The notes under the pieces are model-generated. The model was not told the DNA's origin. It made no database searches and saw nothing but the letters and a program-made list of their open reading frames with translations. A stretch of 64,000 bases of DNA, from the NCBI GenBank assembly GCA_964057225.1, contig OZ059900.1, positions 26,784,001 to 26,848,000 of the forward strand. Reading direction: 5' to 3'. Positions within the stretch are counted from its first letter, which is position 1; the number at the start of each line of letters is the position of its first letter. Positions 12,701-23,598 of the stretch are shown one piece after another. Source of the stretch: Auanema rhodensis (lineage: Eukaryota > Animalia > Nematoda). A program made the position numbers and the translations under genes.

Positions 12701-15499
12701 TAACCAATATCAATAAAAATTTGTTTTTAGACTAATATGGACATGGGGAATCTAATTTTGAAAACCGCATCTCTTTATCTTTCACGTGAAGCGAGTTACA
12801 TACCAAGTGCACATCACGTGTACATTTAATTAGCATAAATTAAAGTTCACGTAAATTTCAAAGACATGATTACCATGAACCAATATCAATAAAAATTTGT
12901 TTTTAGACTAATATGGACATGGGGAATCTAATTTTGAAAACCGCATCTCTTTATCTTTCACGTGAAGCGAGTTACATACCAAGTGCACATCACGTGTACA
13001 TTTAATTAGCATAAATTAAAGTTCACGTAAATTTCAAAGTTATGGTTACCATGCACCAATATCAATAAAAATTTGTTTTTAGACTAATATGGACATGGGG
13101 AATCTAATTTTGAAAACCGCATCTCTTTATCTTTCACGTGAAGCGAGTTACATACCAAGTGCACATCACGTGTACATTTAATTAGCATAAATTAAAGTTC
13201 ACGTAAATTTCAAAGTCATGGTTACCATGAACCAATATCAATAAAAATTTGTTTTTAGACTAATATGGACATGGGGAATCTAATTTTGAAAACCGCATCT
13301 CTTTATCTTTCACGTGAAGCGAGTTACATACCAAGTGCACATCACGTGTACATTTAATTAGCATAAATTAAAGTTCACGTAAATTTCAAAGTTATGGTTA
13401 CCATGCACCAATATCAATAAAAATTTGTTTTTAGACTAATATGGACATGGGGAATCTAATTTTGAAAACCGCATCTCTTTATCTTTCACGTGAAGCGAGT
13501 TACATACCAAGTGCACATCACGTGTACATTTAATTAGCATAAATTAAAGTTCACGTAAATTTCAAAGTCATGGTTACCATTAACCAATATCAATAAAAAT
13601 TTGTTTTTAGACTAATATGGACATGGGGAATCTAATTTTGAAAACCGCATCTCTTTATCTTTCACGTGAAGCGAGTTACATACCAAGTGCACATCACGTG
13701 TACATTTAATTAGCATAAATTAAAGTTCACGTAAATTTCAAAGTCATGGTTACCATGAACCAATATCAATAAAAATTTGTTTTTAGACTAATATGGACAT
13801 GGGGAATCTAATTTTGAAAACCGCATCTCTTTATTTTTCACGTGAAGCGAGTTACATACCAAGTGCACATCACGTGTACATTCAATTAGCATAAATTAAA
13901 GTTCACGTAAATTTCAAAGTCATGGTTACCATGAACCAATATCAATAAAAATTTGTTTTTAGACTAATATGGACATGGGGAATCTAATTTTGAAAACCGC
14001 ATCTCTTTATCTTTCACGTGAAGCGAGTTACATACCAAGTGCACATCACGTGTACATTTAATTAGCATAAATTAAAGTTCACGTAAATTTCAAAGTCATG
14101 GTTACCATTAACCAATATCAATAAAAATTGGTTTTTAGACTAATATGGACATGGGGAATCTAATTTTGAAAACCGCATCTCTTTATCTTTCACGTGAAGC
14201 GAGATACATACCAAGTGCACATCACGTGTACATTCAATTAGCATAAATTAAAGTTCACGTAAATTTCAAAGTCATGGTTACCATGAACCAATATCAATAA
14301 AAATTTGTTTTTAGACTAATATGGACATGGGGAATCTAATTTTGAAAACCGCATCTCTTTATCTTTCACGTGAAGCGAGTTACATACCAAGTGCACATCA
14401 CGTGTACATTCAATTAGCATAAATTAAAGTTCACGTAAATTTCAAAGTCATGGTTACCATGAACCAATATCAATAAAAATTGGTTTTTAGACTAATATGG
14501 ATATGGGGAATCTAATTTTGAAAACCGCATCTCTTTATCTTTCACGTGAAGCGAGTTACATACCAAGTGCACATCACGTGTACATTCAATTAGCATAAAT
14601 TAAAGTTCACGTAAATTTCAAAGTCATGGTTACCATGAATTAATATCATTAAAAATTTGTTTTTAGACTAATATGGACATGGGGAATCTAATTTTGAAAA
14701 CCGCATCTCTTTATCTTCCACGTGAAGCGAGTTACATACCAAGTGCCCATCACGTGTACATTTAATTAGCATAAATTAAAGTTCACGTAAATTTCAAAGT
14801 CATGGTTACCATTAACCAATATCAATAAAAATTGGTTTTTAGACTAATATGGACATGGGGAATCTAATTTTGAAAACCGCATCTCTTTATCTTTCACGTG
14901 AAGCGAGTTACATACCAAGTGCACATCACGTGTACATTCAATTAGCATAAATTAAAGTTCACGTAAATTTCAAAGTCATGGTTACCATGAACCAATATCA
15001 ATAAAAATTTGTTTTTAGACTAATATGGACATGGGGAATCTAATTTTGAAAACCGCATCTCTTTATCTTTCACGTGAAGCGAGTTACATACCAAGTGCAC
15101 ATCACGTGTACATTCAATTAGCATAAATTAAAGTTCACGTAAATTTCAAAGTCATGGTTACCATGAACCAATATCAATAAAAATTTGTTTTTAGACTAAT
15201 ATCGATATGGGGAATCTAATTTTGAAAACCGCATCTCTTTATCTTTCACGTGAAGCGAGTTACATACCAAGTGCACATCACGTGTACATTTAATTAGCAT
15301 AAATTAAAGTTCACGTTAATTTCAAAGTCATGGTAACCATGCACCAATATCAATAAAAATTTGTTTTCAGACTAATATGGACATGGGGAATCTAATTTTG
15401 AAAACCGCATCTCTTTATCTTTCACGTGAAGCGAGTTACATACCAAGTGCACATCACGTGTACATTTAATTAGCATAAATTAAAGTTCACGTAAATTTC
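3745..15499. repeat. 176-bp satellite (Sat176) array 1, about 67 head-to-tail monomers
   Basis: GACTAATATGGACATGGGG occurs at 3755, 3931, 4107 and onward (period 176). Monomers differ at only a few recurrent sites. One monomer has a 1-bp deletion near 6421. Confidence 0.98.
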
Positions 15500-15655
15500 G
15501 GCGCCACCATTTCAATAAAAGAGAGAGGTAGTATCAGAGTACTATTACGAAATCTTGGCGCCACCATTTTGATATTAGAGAGAGATAGTGTCAATAACAT
15601 AGTACAGTGATACTCTCTCCCCCTTTTATTGAAATGGTGGCGCCAAGATTTCGCA

Positions 15656-16350
15656 TTCGAAAGTTAAGCCTTAGCTGGATGTAACCTGAACTTGAGTTTG
15701 TCAGTTACAAATAAGTTCTGCATACCTAAGCTCGAGTTTGATAGTTAAGAATAAGTTCGTTATACCTGCACCAGAGATAGTTAAGCCTATGCTCGATAAA
15801 ACTTAAGTTTTAGTTTGATATTTTCGAATAAGTTTGATATACATAAGCTTGAGTTTGAAAGTTAAGCCTAAGCTGGACGTAACCTAAACTTGAGTTTGTT
15901 AGTTACGAAAAAGTTCTATATACCTAAGCTTGGGTTTAATAGTTACGAATAAGTTTGATATACCTAAACTAGAGTTTGATAGTCAAGCCTTGGCTCGATA
16001 AAACCTGATATCGAGTTTGATAGTTAAGAATAAATTTGTTATATCTGTAGCAGTGTTTGATAATTGTGAATAAGTTTGATCTATAAAAGCTTGAGTTTGA
16101 TAGTTAAGCCTAAGCTCAATAAAACCTAAGTTTGAGTTTAATAGTTTCGAATAAGTTTGATTTACGCAAGCTTGAGTTTGAAAGTTAAGCCTAAGCTGGA
16201 CGTAACCTGAACTTGAGTTTGTTATTTACGAATAAGTTCTATATACCTAAGCTTGGGTTTAAAAGTTACGATTAAGTTTGATAAACCTAAACTAGAGTTT
16301 GATAGTTAAGCCTAAGCTCGATCAAACTTAAGTTTGAGTTTGATAGTTGA
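15656..16350. repeat. D block: 40-41-bp minisatellite, 695-bp short variant
   Basis: Diverged units such as AGTTTGATAGTTAAGCCTAAGCTCAATAAAACCTAAGTTTG (41 bp) and AGTTTAATAGTTTCGAATAAGTTTGATTTACGCAAGCTTG (40 bp). Fixed ends TTCGAAAG...GATAGTTGA. Confidence 0.9.
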
Positions 16351-16532
16351 GCGCCACCACTTTGATATTAGAGAGAGGTAGTGTCAATAACATAGTACAG
16401 TGATACTCTCTCCCCCTTTTATTGAAATGGTGGCGCCAAGATTTCGCAATACCACTACAACACTCTCTCCCTCTCTTATTGAAATGGTGGCGCCAAGATT
16501 TCGCAATATATATACTTATTGTATATACATAT

Positions 16533-16540
16533 ATATGTAT

Positions 16541-16611
<71 letters not shown>

Positions 16612-16616
16612 TATAT
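16533..16616. repeat. Long (TA)n microsatellite, a variable-length tract within the C unit (other long tracts near 39861, 50547 and 53486)
   Basis: More than 35 consecutive TA dinucleotides. Tract length varies between otherwise identical units. Confidence 0.95.
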
Positions 16617-16655
16617 TACTTATAGAGCGATATAAACTATATATATATATATTTT

Positions 16656-16714
16656 AAAAATCTATAAACATGTTTTTTTTTGGCTCCATAAAAAAAACAT
16701 TCTTATAGATTTTT
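16656..16714. repeat. Representative C-unit small palindrome P2
   Basis: AAAAATCTATAAACATGTTTTTTTTTGG and CCATAAAAAAAACATTCTTATAGATTTTT flank a 2-3-nt loop. The ~28-bp arms have about 3 differences. It recurs once in each complete C unit I inspected. Confidence 0.85.
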
Positions 16715-16921
16715 TCTTTCTTTATACTTGTTTATAATCAGTATGTATACATATTACGAAATTTTGGCGCCACCATTTCAATAAAAGAGAGAGGTAGTAT
16801 CAGAGTACTATTACAAAATCTTGGCGCCACCATTTTGATATTAGAGAGAGATAGTGTCAATAACATTGTACAGTGATACTCTCTCCCCCTTTTATTGAAA
16901 TGGTGGCGCCAAGATTTCGCA

Positions 16922-17660
16922 TTCGAAAGTTAAGCCTTAGCTGGATGTAACCTGAACTTGAGTTTGTCAGTTACGAATAAGTTCTGCATACCTAAGCTCG
17001 AGTTTGATAGTTAAGAATAAGTTCGTTATACCTGCACCAGAGTTTGATAATTGAGAATAAGTTTGATTTACAAAAGCTTGAGTTTGATAGTTAAGCCTAT
17101 GCTCGATAAAACTTAAGTTTTAGTTTGATATTTTCGAATAAGTTTGATATACATAAGCTTGAGTTTGAAAGTTAAGCCTAAGCTGGACGTAACCTAAACT
17201 TGAGTTTGTTAGTTACGAAAAAGTTCTATATACCTAAGCTTGGGTTTAATAGTTTCGAATAAGTTTGATATACCTAAACTAGAGTTTGATAGTCAAGCCT
17301 TAGCTCGATGAAACCTGATATCGAGTTTGATAGTTAAGAATAAATTTGTTATATCTGTAGCAGAGTTTGATAATTGTGAATAAGTTTGATTCATAAAAGC
17401 TTGAGTTTGATAGTTAAGCCTAAGCTCAATAAAACCTAAGTTTGAGTTTAATAGTTTCGAATAAGTTTGATTTACGCAAGCTTGAGTTTGAAAGTTAAGC
17501 CTAAGCTGGACGTAACCTGAACTTGAGTTTGTTATTTACGAATAAGTTCTATATACCTAAGCTTGGGTTTAAAAGTTACGAATAAGTTTGATAAACCTAA
17601 ACTAGAGTTTGATAGTTAAGCCTAAGCTCGATCAAACTTAAGTTTGAGTTTGATAGTTGA
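16922..17660. repeat. D block, 739-bp long variant
   Basis: As above, with 44 extra bp after CCAGAG. Confidence 0.9.
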
Positions 17661-18212
17661 GCGCCACCACTTTGATATTAGAGAGAGGTAGTGTCAATAA
17701 CATAGTACAGTGATACTCTCTCCCCCTTTTATTGAAATGGTGGCGCCAAGATTTCGCAATACCACTACAACACTCTCTCCCTCTCTTATTGAAATGGTGG
17801 CGCCAAGATTTCGCAATATATATACTTATTGTATATACATATATATGTATCCATATATATATTACTTATAGAGCGATATAAACTATATATATATATATAT
17901 ATATATATTTTAAAAATCTATAAACATGTTTTTTTTTGGCTCCATAAAAAAAACATTCTTATAGATTTTTTCTTTCTTTATACTTGTTTATGATCAGTAT
18001 GTATACATATTACGAAATCTTGGCGCCACCATTTCAATAAAAGAGAGAGGTAGTATCAGAGTACTATTACGAAATCTTGGCGCCACCATTTTGATATTAG
18101 AGAGAGGTAGTGTCAATAACATAGTACAGTGATACTCTCTCCCCCTTTTATTAAAATTATGGCGCCAAGATTTCGCAATATATATACTTATTGTATATAT
18201 ATATATATGTAT

Positions 18213-18472
18213 CAGGGCTGCTCGGATCGGATAATCCGGTCCGGAAATATCCGGAAAATTCGTATTTGGTCCGGGTCCGAAATTGCGGATCTTTTTCTTC
18301 GGATTTTTCGGATTTTTCGGATCTTATGAAATCAACATATGACATCTTAATTTCCCCATTTAAGTTAGAAATTGGTCCAATTTATGTCTCTAAAAGAGGT
18401 CCGGGTCCGGTCCGGGATCCGCTCGGATATTGCCTCAAAATATCCGAATCCGGCCCGGTCCGAGCAGCCCTG
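18213..18472. mobile_element. hAT-like MITE, 260-bp short variant
   Basis: 14-bp perfect TIR CAGGGCTGCTCGGA / TCCGAGCAGCCCTG, 8-bp TSD ATATGTAT on both sides, subterminal CGGA/TCCG repeats, no transposase. An 8-bp TSD with short TIRs is the established hAT signature. Confidence 0.9.
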
Positions 18473-18809
18473 ATATGTATCTATATATATATATATATTA
18501 CTTATAGAGCGATATAAACTATATATATATATTTTAAAAATCTATAAACATGTTTTTTTTTTGGCTCCATAAAAAAAACATTCTTATAGATTTTTTCTTT
18601 CTTTATACTTGTTTATAATCAGTATGTATACATATTACGAAATCTTGGCGCCACCATTTCAATAAAAGAGAGAGGTAGTATCAGAGTACTATTACGAAAT
18701 CTTGGCGCCATCATTTTGATATTAGAGAGAGGTAGTGTCAATAACATAGTACAGTGATACTCTCTCCCCCTTTTATTGAAATGGTGGCGCCAAGATTTTC
18801 TCTTTATGA

Positions 18810-21542
18810 GCATCTCTTTATATTTCACGTGAAGCGAGTTACATACCAAGTGCACATCACGTGTACATTTAATTAGCATAAATTAAAGTTCACGTAAATT
18901 TCAAAGTCATGGTTACCATTAACCAATATCAATAAAAATTTGTTTTTAGACTAATATGGACATGGGGAATCTAATTTTGAAAACCGCATCTCTTTATCTT
19001 TCACGTGAAGCGAGTTACATACCAAGTGCACATCACGTGTACATTTAATTAGCATAAATTAAAGTTCACGTAAATTTCAAAGACATGGTTACCATGAACC
19101 AATATCAATAAAAATTTGTTTTCAGACTAATATGGACATGGGGAATCTAATTTTGAAAACCGCATCTCTTTATCTTTCACGTGAAGCGAGTTACATACCA
19201 AGTGCACATCACGTGTACATTCAATTAGCATAAATTAAAGTTCACGTAAATTTCAAAGTCATGGTTACCATGAACCAATATCAATAAAAATTTGTTTTTA
19301 GACTAATATGGACATGGGGAATCTAATTTTGAAAACCGCATCTCTTTATTTTTCACGTGAAGCGAGTTACATACCAAGTGCACATCACGTGTACATTCAA
19401 TTAGCATAAATTAAAGTTCACGTAAATTTCAAAGTCATGGTTACCATGCACCAATATCAATACAAATTTGTTTTTAGACTAATATGGACATGGGGAATCT
19501 AATTTTGAAAACCGCATCTCTTTATCTTTCACGTGAAGCGAGTTACATACCAAGTGCACATCACGTGTACATTTAATTAGCATAAATTAAAGTTCACGTA
19601 AATTTCAAAGTCATGGTTACCATGAACCAATATCAATAAAAATTGGTTTTTAGACTAATATGGACATGGGGAATCTAATTTTGAAAACCGCATCTCTTTA
19701 TCTTTCACGTGAAGCGAGTTACATACCAAGTGCACATCACGTGTACATTCAATTAGCATAAATTAAAGTTCACGTAAATTTCAAAGTCATGGTTACCATG
19801 AACCAATATCAATAAAAATTTGTTTTTAGACTAATATGGACATGGGGAATCTAATTTTGAAAACCGCATCTCTTTATCTTTCACGTGAAGCGAGTTACAT
19901 ACCAAGTGCACATCACGTGTACATTCAATTAGCATAAATTAAAGTTCACGTAAATTTCAAAGTCATGGTTACCATGAATTAATATCATTAAAAATTTGTT
20001 TTTAGACTAATATGGACATGGGGAATCTAATTTTGAAAACCGCATCTCTTTATCTTTCACGTGAAGCGAGTTACATACCAAGTGCCCATCACGTGTACAT
20101 TTAATTAGCATAAATTAAAGTTCACGTAAATTTCAAAGTCATGGTTACCATTAACCAATATCAATAAAAATTGGTATTTAGACTAATATGGACATGGGGA
20201 ATCTAATTTTGAAAACCGCATCTCTTTATCTTTCACGTGAAGCGAGTTACATACCAAGTGCACATCACGTGTACATTCAATTAGCATAAATTAAAGTTCA
20301 CGTAAATTTCAAAGTCATGGTTACCATGAATTAATATCATTAAAAATTTGTTTTTAGACTAATATGGACATGGGGAATCTAATTTTGAAAACCGCATCTC
20401 TTTATCTTTCACGTGAAGCGAGTTACATACCAAGTGCCCATCACGTGTACATTTAATTAGCATAAATTAAAGTTCACGTAAATTTCAAAGTCATGGTTAC
20501 CATTAACCAATATCAATAAAAATTGGTATTTAGACTAATATGGACATGGGGAATCTAATTTTGAAAACCGCATCTCTTTATCTTTCACGTGAAGCGAGTT
20601 ACATACCAAGTGCACATCACGTGTACATTCAATTAGCATAAATTAAAGTTCACGTAAATTTCAAAGTCATGGTTACCATGAATTAATATCATTAAAAATT
20701 TGTTTTTAGACTAATATGGACATGGGGAATCTAATTTTGAAAACCGCATCTCTTTATCTTTCACGTGAAGCGAGTTACATACCAAGTGCCCATCACGTGT
20801 ACATTTAATTAGCATAAATTAAAGTTCACGTAAATTTCAAAGTCATGGTTACCATTAACCAATATCAATAAAAATTGGTATTTAGACTAATATGGACATG
20901 GGGAATCTAATTTTGAAAACCGCATCTCTTTATCTTTCACGTGAAGCGAGTTACATACCAAGTGCACATCACGTGTACATTCAATTAGCATAAATTAAAG
21001 TTCACGTAAATTTCAAAGTCATGGTTACCATGAACCAATATCAATAAAAATTTGTTTTTAGACTAATATGAACATGGGGAATCTAATTTTGAAAACCGCA
21101 TCTCTTTATCTTTCACGTGAAGCGAGTTACATACCAAGTGCACATCACGTGTACATTCAATTAGCATAAATTAAAGTTTACGTAAATTTCAAAGTCATGG
21201 TTACCATGAACCAATATCAATAAAAATTTGTTTTTAGACTAATATGGATATGGGGAATCTAATTTTGAAAACCGCATCTCTTTATCTTTCACGTGAAGCG
21301 AGTTACATACCAAGTGCACATCACGTGTACATTTAATTAGCATAAATTAAAGTTCACGTAAATTTCAAAGTCATGGTAACCATGCACCAATATCAATAAA
21401 AATTTGTTTTCAGACTAATATGGACATGGGGAATCTAATTTTGAAAACCGCATCTCTTTATCTTTCACGTGAAGCGAGTTACATACCAAGTGCACATCAC
21501 GTGTACATTTAATTAGCATAAATTAAAGTTCACGTAAATTTC
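18810..21542. repeat. Sat176 array 2 (15 x 176 + 93 bp)
   Basis: Same monomer. Starts GCATCTCTTTATATTTCACG and ends CACGTAAATTTC. Confidence 0.97.
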
Positions 21543-21698
21543 GGCGCCACCATTTCAATAAAAGAGAGAGGTAGTATCAGAGTACTATTACGAAATCTTG
21601 GCGCCACCATTTTGATATTAGAGAGAGATAGTGTCAATAACATAGTACAGTGATACTCTCTCCCCCTTTTATTGAAATGGTGGCGCCAAGATTTCGCA

Positions 21699-22437
21699 TT
21701 CGAAAGTTAAGCCTTAGCTGGATGTAACCTGAACTTGAGTTTGTCAGTTACGAATAAGTTCTGCATACCTAAGCTCGAGTTTGATAGTTAAGAATAAGTT
21801 CGTTATACCTGCACCAGAGTTTGATAATTGAGAATAAGTTTGATTTACAAAAGCTTGAGTTTGATAGTTAAGCCTATGCTCAATAAAACTTAAGTTTTAG
21901 TTTGATATTTTCGAATAAGTTTGATATACATAAGCTTGAGTTTGAAAGTTAAGCCTAAGCTGGACGTAACCTAAACTTGAGTTTGTTAGTTACGAAAAAG
22001 TTCTATATACCTAAGCTTGGGTTTAATAGTTTCGAATAAGTTTGATATACCTAAACTAGAGTTTGATAGTCAAGCCTTAGCTCGATGAAACCTGATATCG
22101 AGTTTGATAGTTAAGAATAAATTTGTTATATCTGTAGCAGAGTTTGATAATTGTGAATAAGTTTGATTTATAAAAGCTTGAGTTTGATAGTTAAGCCTAA
22201 GCTCAATAAAACCTAAGTTTGAGTTTAATAGTTTCGAATAAGTTTGATTTACGCAAGCTTGAGTTTGAAAGTTAAGCCTAAGCTGGACGTAACCTGAACT
22301 TGAGTTTGTTATTTACGAATAAGTTCTATATACCTAAGCTTGGGTTTAAAAGTTACGAATAAGTTTGATAAACCCAAACTAGAGTTTGATAGTTAAGCCT
22401 AAGCTCGATCAAACTTAAGTTTGAGTTTGATAGTTGA
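21699..22437. repeat. D block, 739 bp
   Basis: Same ends and units. Confidence 0.9.
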
Positions 22438-22657
22438 GCGCCACCACTTTGATATTAGAGAGAGGTAGTGTCAATAACATAGTACAGTGATACTCTCTCC
22501 CTCTTTTATTGAAATGGTGGCGCCAAGATTTCGCAATACCACTACAACACTCTCTCCCTCTCTTATTGAAATGGTGGCGCCAAGATTTCGCAATATATAT
22601 ACTTATTGTATATACATATATATGTATCCATATATATATTACTTATAGAGCGATATA

Positions 22658-22700
<43 letters not shown>

Positions 22701-23001
22701 AAAAATCTATAAACATGTTTTTTTTTGGCTCCATAAAAAAAACATTCTTATAGATTTTTTCTTTCTTTATACTTGTTTATGATCAGTATGTATACATATT
22801 ACGAAATCTTGGCGCCACCATTTCAATAAAAGAGAGAGGTAGTATCAGAGTACTATTACGAAATCTTGGCGCCACCATTTTGATATTAGAGAGAGGTAGT
22901 GTCAATAACATAGTACAGTGATACTCTCTCCCCCTTTTATTAAAATTATGGCGCCAAGATTTCGCAATATATATACTTATTGTATATATATATATATGTA
23001 T

Positions 23002-23261
23002 CAGGGCTGCTCGGATCGGATAATCCGGTCCGGAAATATCCGGAAAATTCGTATTTGGTCCGGGTCCGAAATTGCGGATCTTTTTCTTCGGATTTTTCGG
23101 ATTTTTCGGATCTTATGAAATCAACATATGACATCTTAATTTCCCCATTTAAGTTAGAAATTGGTCCAATTTATGTCTCTAAAAGAGGTCCGGGTCCGGT
23201 CCGGGATCCGCTCGGATATTGCCTCAAAATATCCGAATCCGGCCCGGTCCGAGCAGCCCTG
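23002..23261. mobile_element. hAT-like MITE, 260-bp variant
   Basis: Same TIR, TSD and site. Confidence 0.9.
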
Positions 23262-23598
23262 ATATGTATCTATATATATATATATATTACTTATAGAGCG
23301 ATATAAACTATATATATATATTTTAAAAATCTATAAACATGTTTTTTTTTTGGCTCCATAAAAAAAACATTCTTATAGATTTTTTCTTTCTTTATACTTG
23401 TTTATAATCAGTATGTATACATATTACGAAATCTTGGCGCCACCATTTCAATAAAAGAGAGAGGTAGTATCAGAGTACTATTACGAAATCTTGGCGCCAT
23501 CATTTTGATATTAGAGAGAGGTAGTGTCAATAACATAGTACAGTGATACTCTCTCCCCCTTTTATTGAAATGGTGGCGCCAAGATTTTCTCTTTATGA

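Larger units (their letters stand above)
15500..18809. repeat. Composite palindromic repeat domain 1 (C units with D blocks and a MITE)
   Basis: Tandem units carrying inverted GAAATCTTGGCGCCACCATTT / AAATGGTGGCGCCAAGATTTC arms, (TA)n tracts, 2 D blocks and 1 MITE. Confidence 0.93.
21543..23598. repeat. Composite palindromic repeat domain 2
   Basis: C units, 1 D block and 1 MITE. It matches the end of domain 1 at +4789. Confidence 0.93.

Noticed and set aside
3745-15499. Sat176 as a 5S rDNA/tRNA/snRNA array, or as a named satellite (alpha, CEN180) with a CENP-B box
   Set aside because: It shows no resemblance to those RNAs or to satellites I recognise, and no convincing CENP-B box. The organism cannot be assigned without a database search.
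15656-16350. D block as telomeric repeat, or as an LTR/TRIM element with 98-bp LTRs
   Set aside because: There are no TTAGG/TTAGGG-type short tandem repeats. The 98-bp flanks are part of the host C unit and lack TG..CA ends, PBS/PPT and an outer TSD.
18129-18517. ORFs overlapping the MITE (MSYVDFIRSEK..., ...VSGLLGSDNPVRKY...) as a possible transposase fragment
   Set aside because: They are short, open in several overlapping frames because of stop-poor CGGA repeats, run through the TIRs into flanking DNA, and show no recognisable hAT/DDE motifs.
18619-18879. 86-aa minus-strand ORF spanning the C/Sat176 junction (4 copies)
   Set aside because: A chance fusion frame across two repeats with no domain resemblance.
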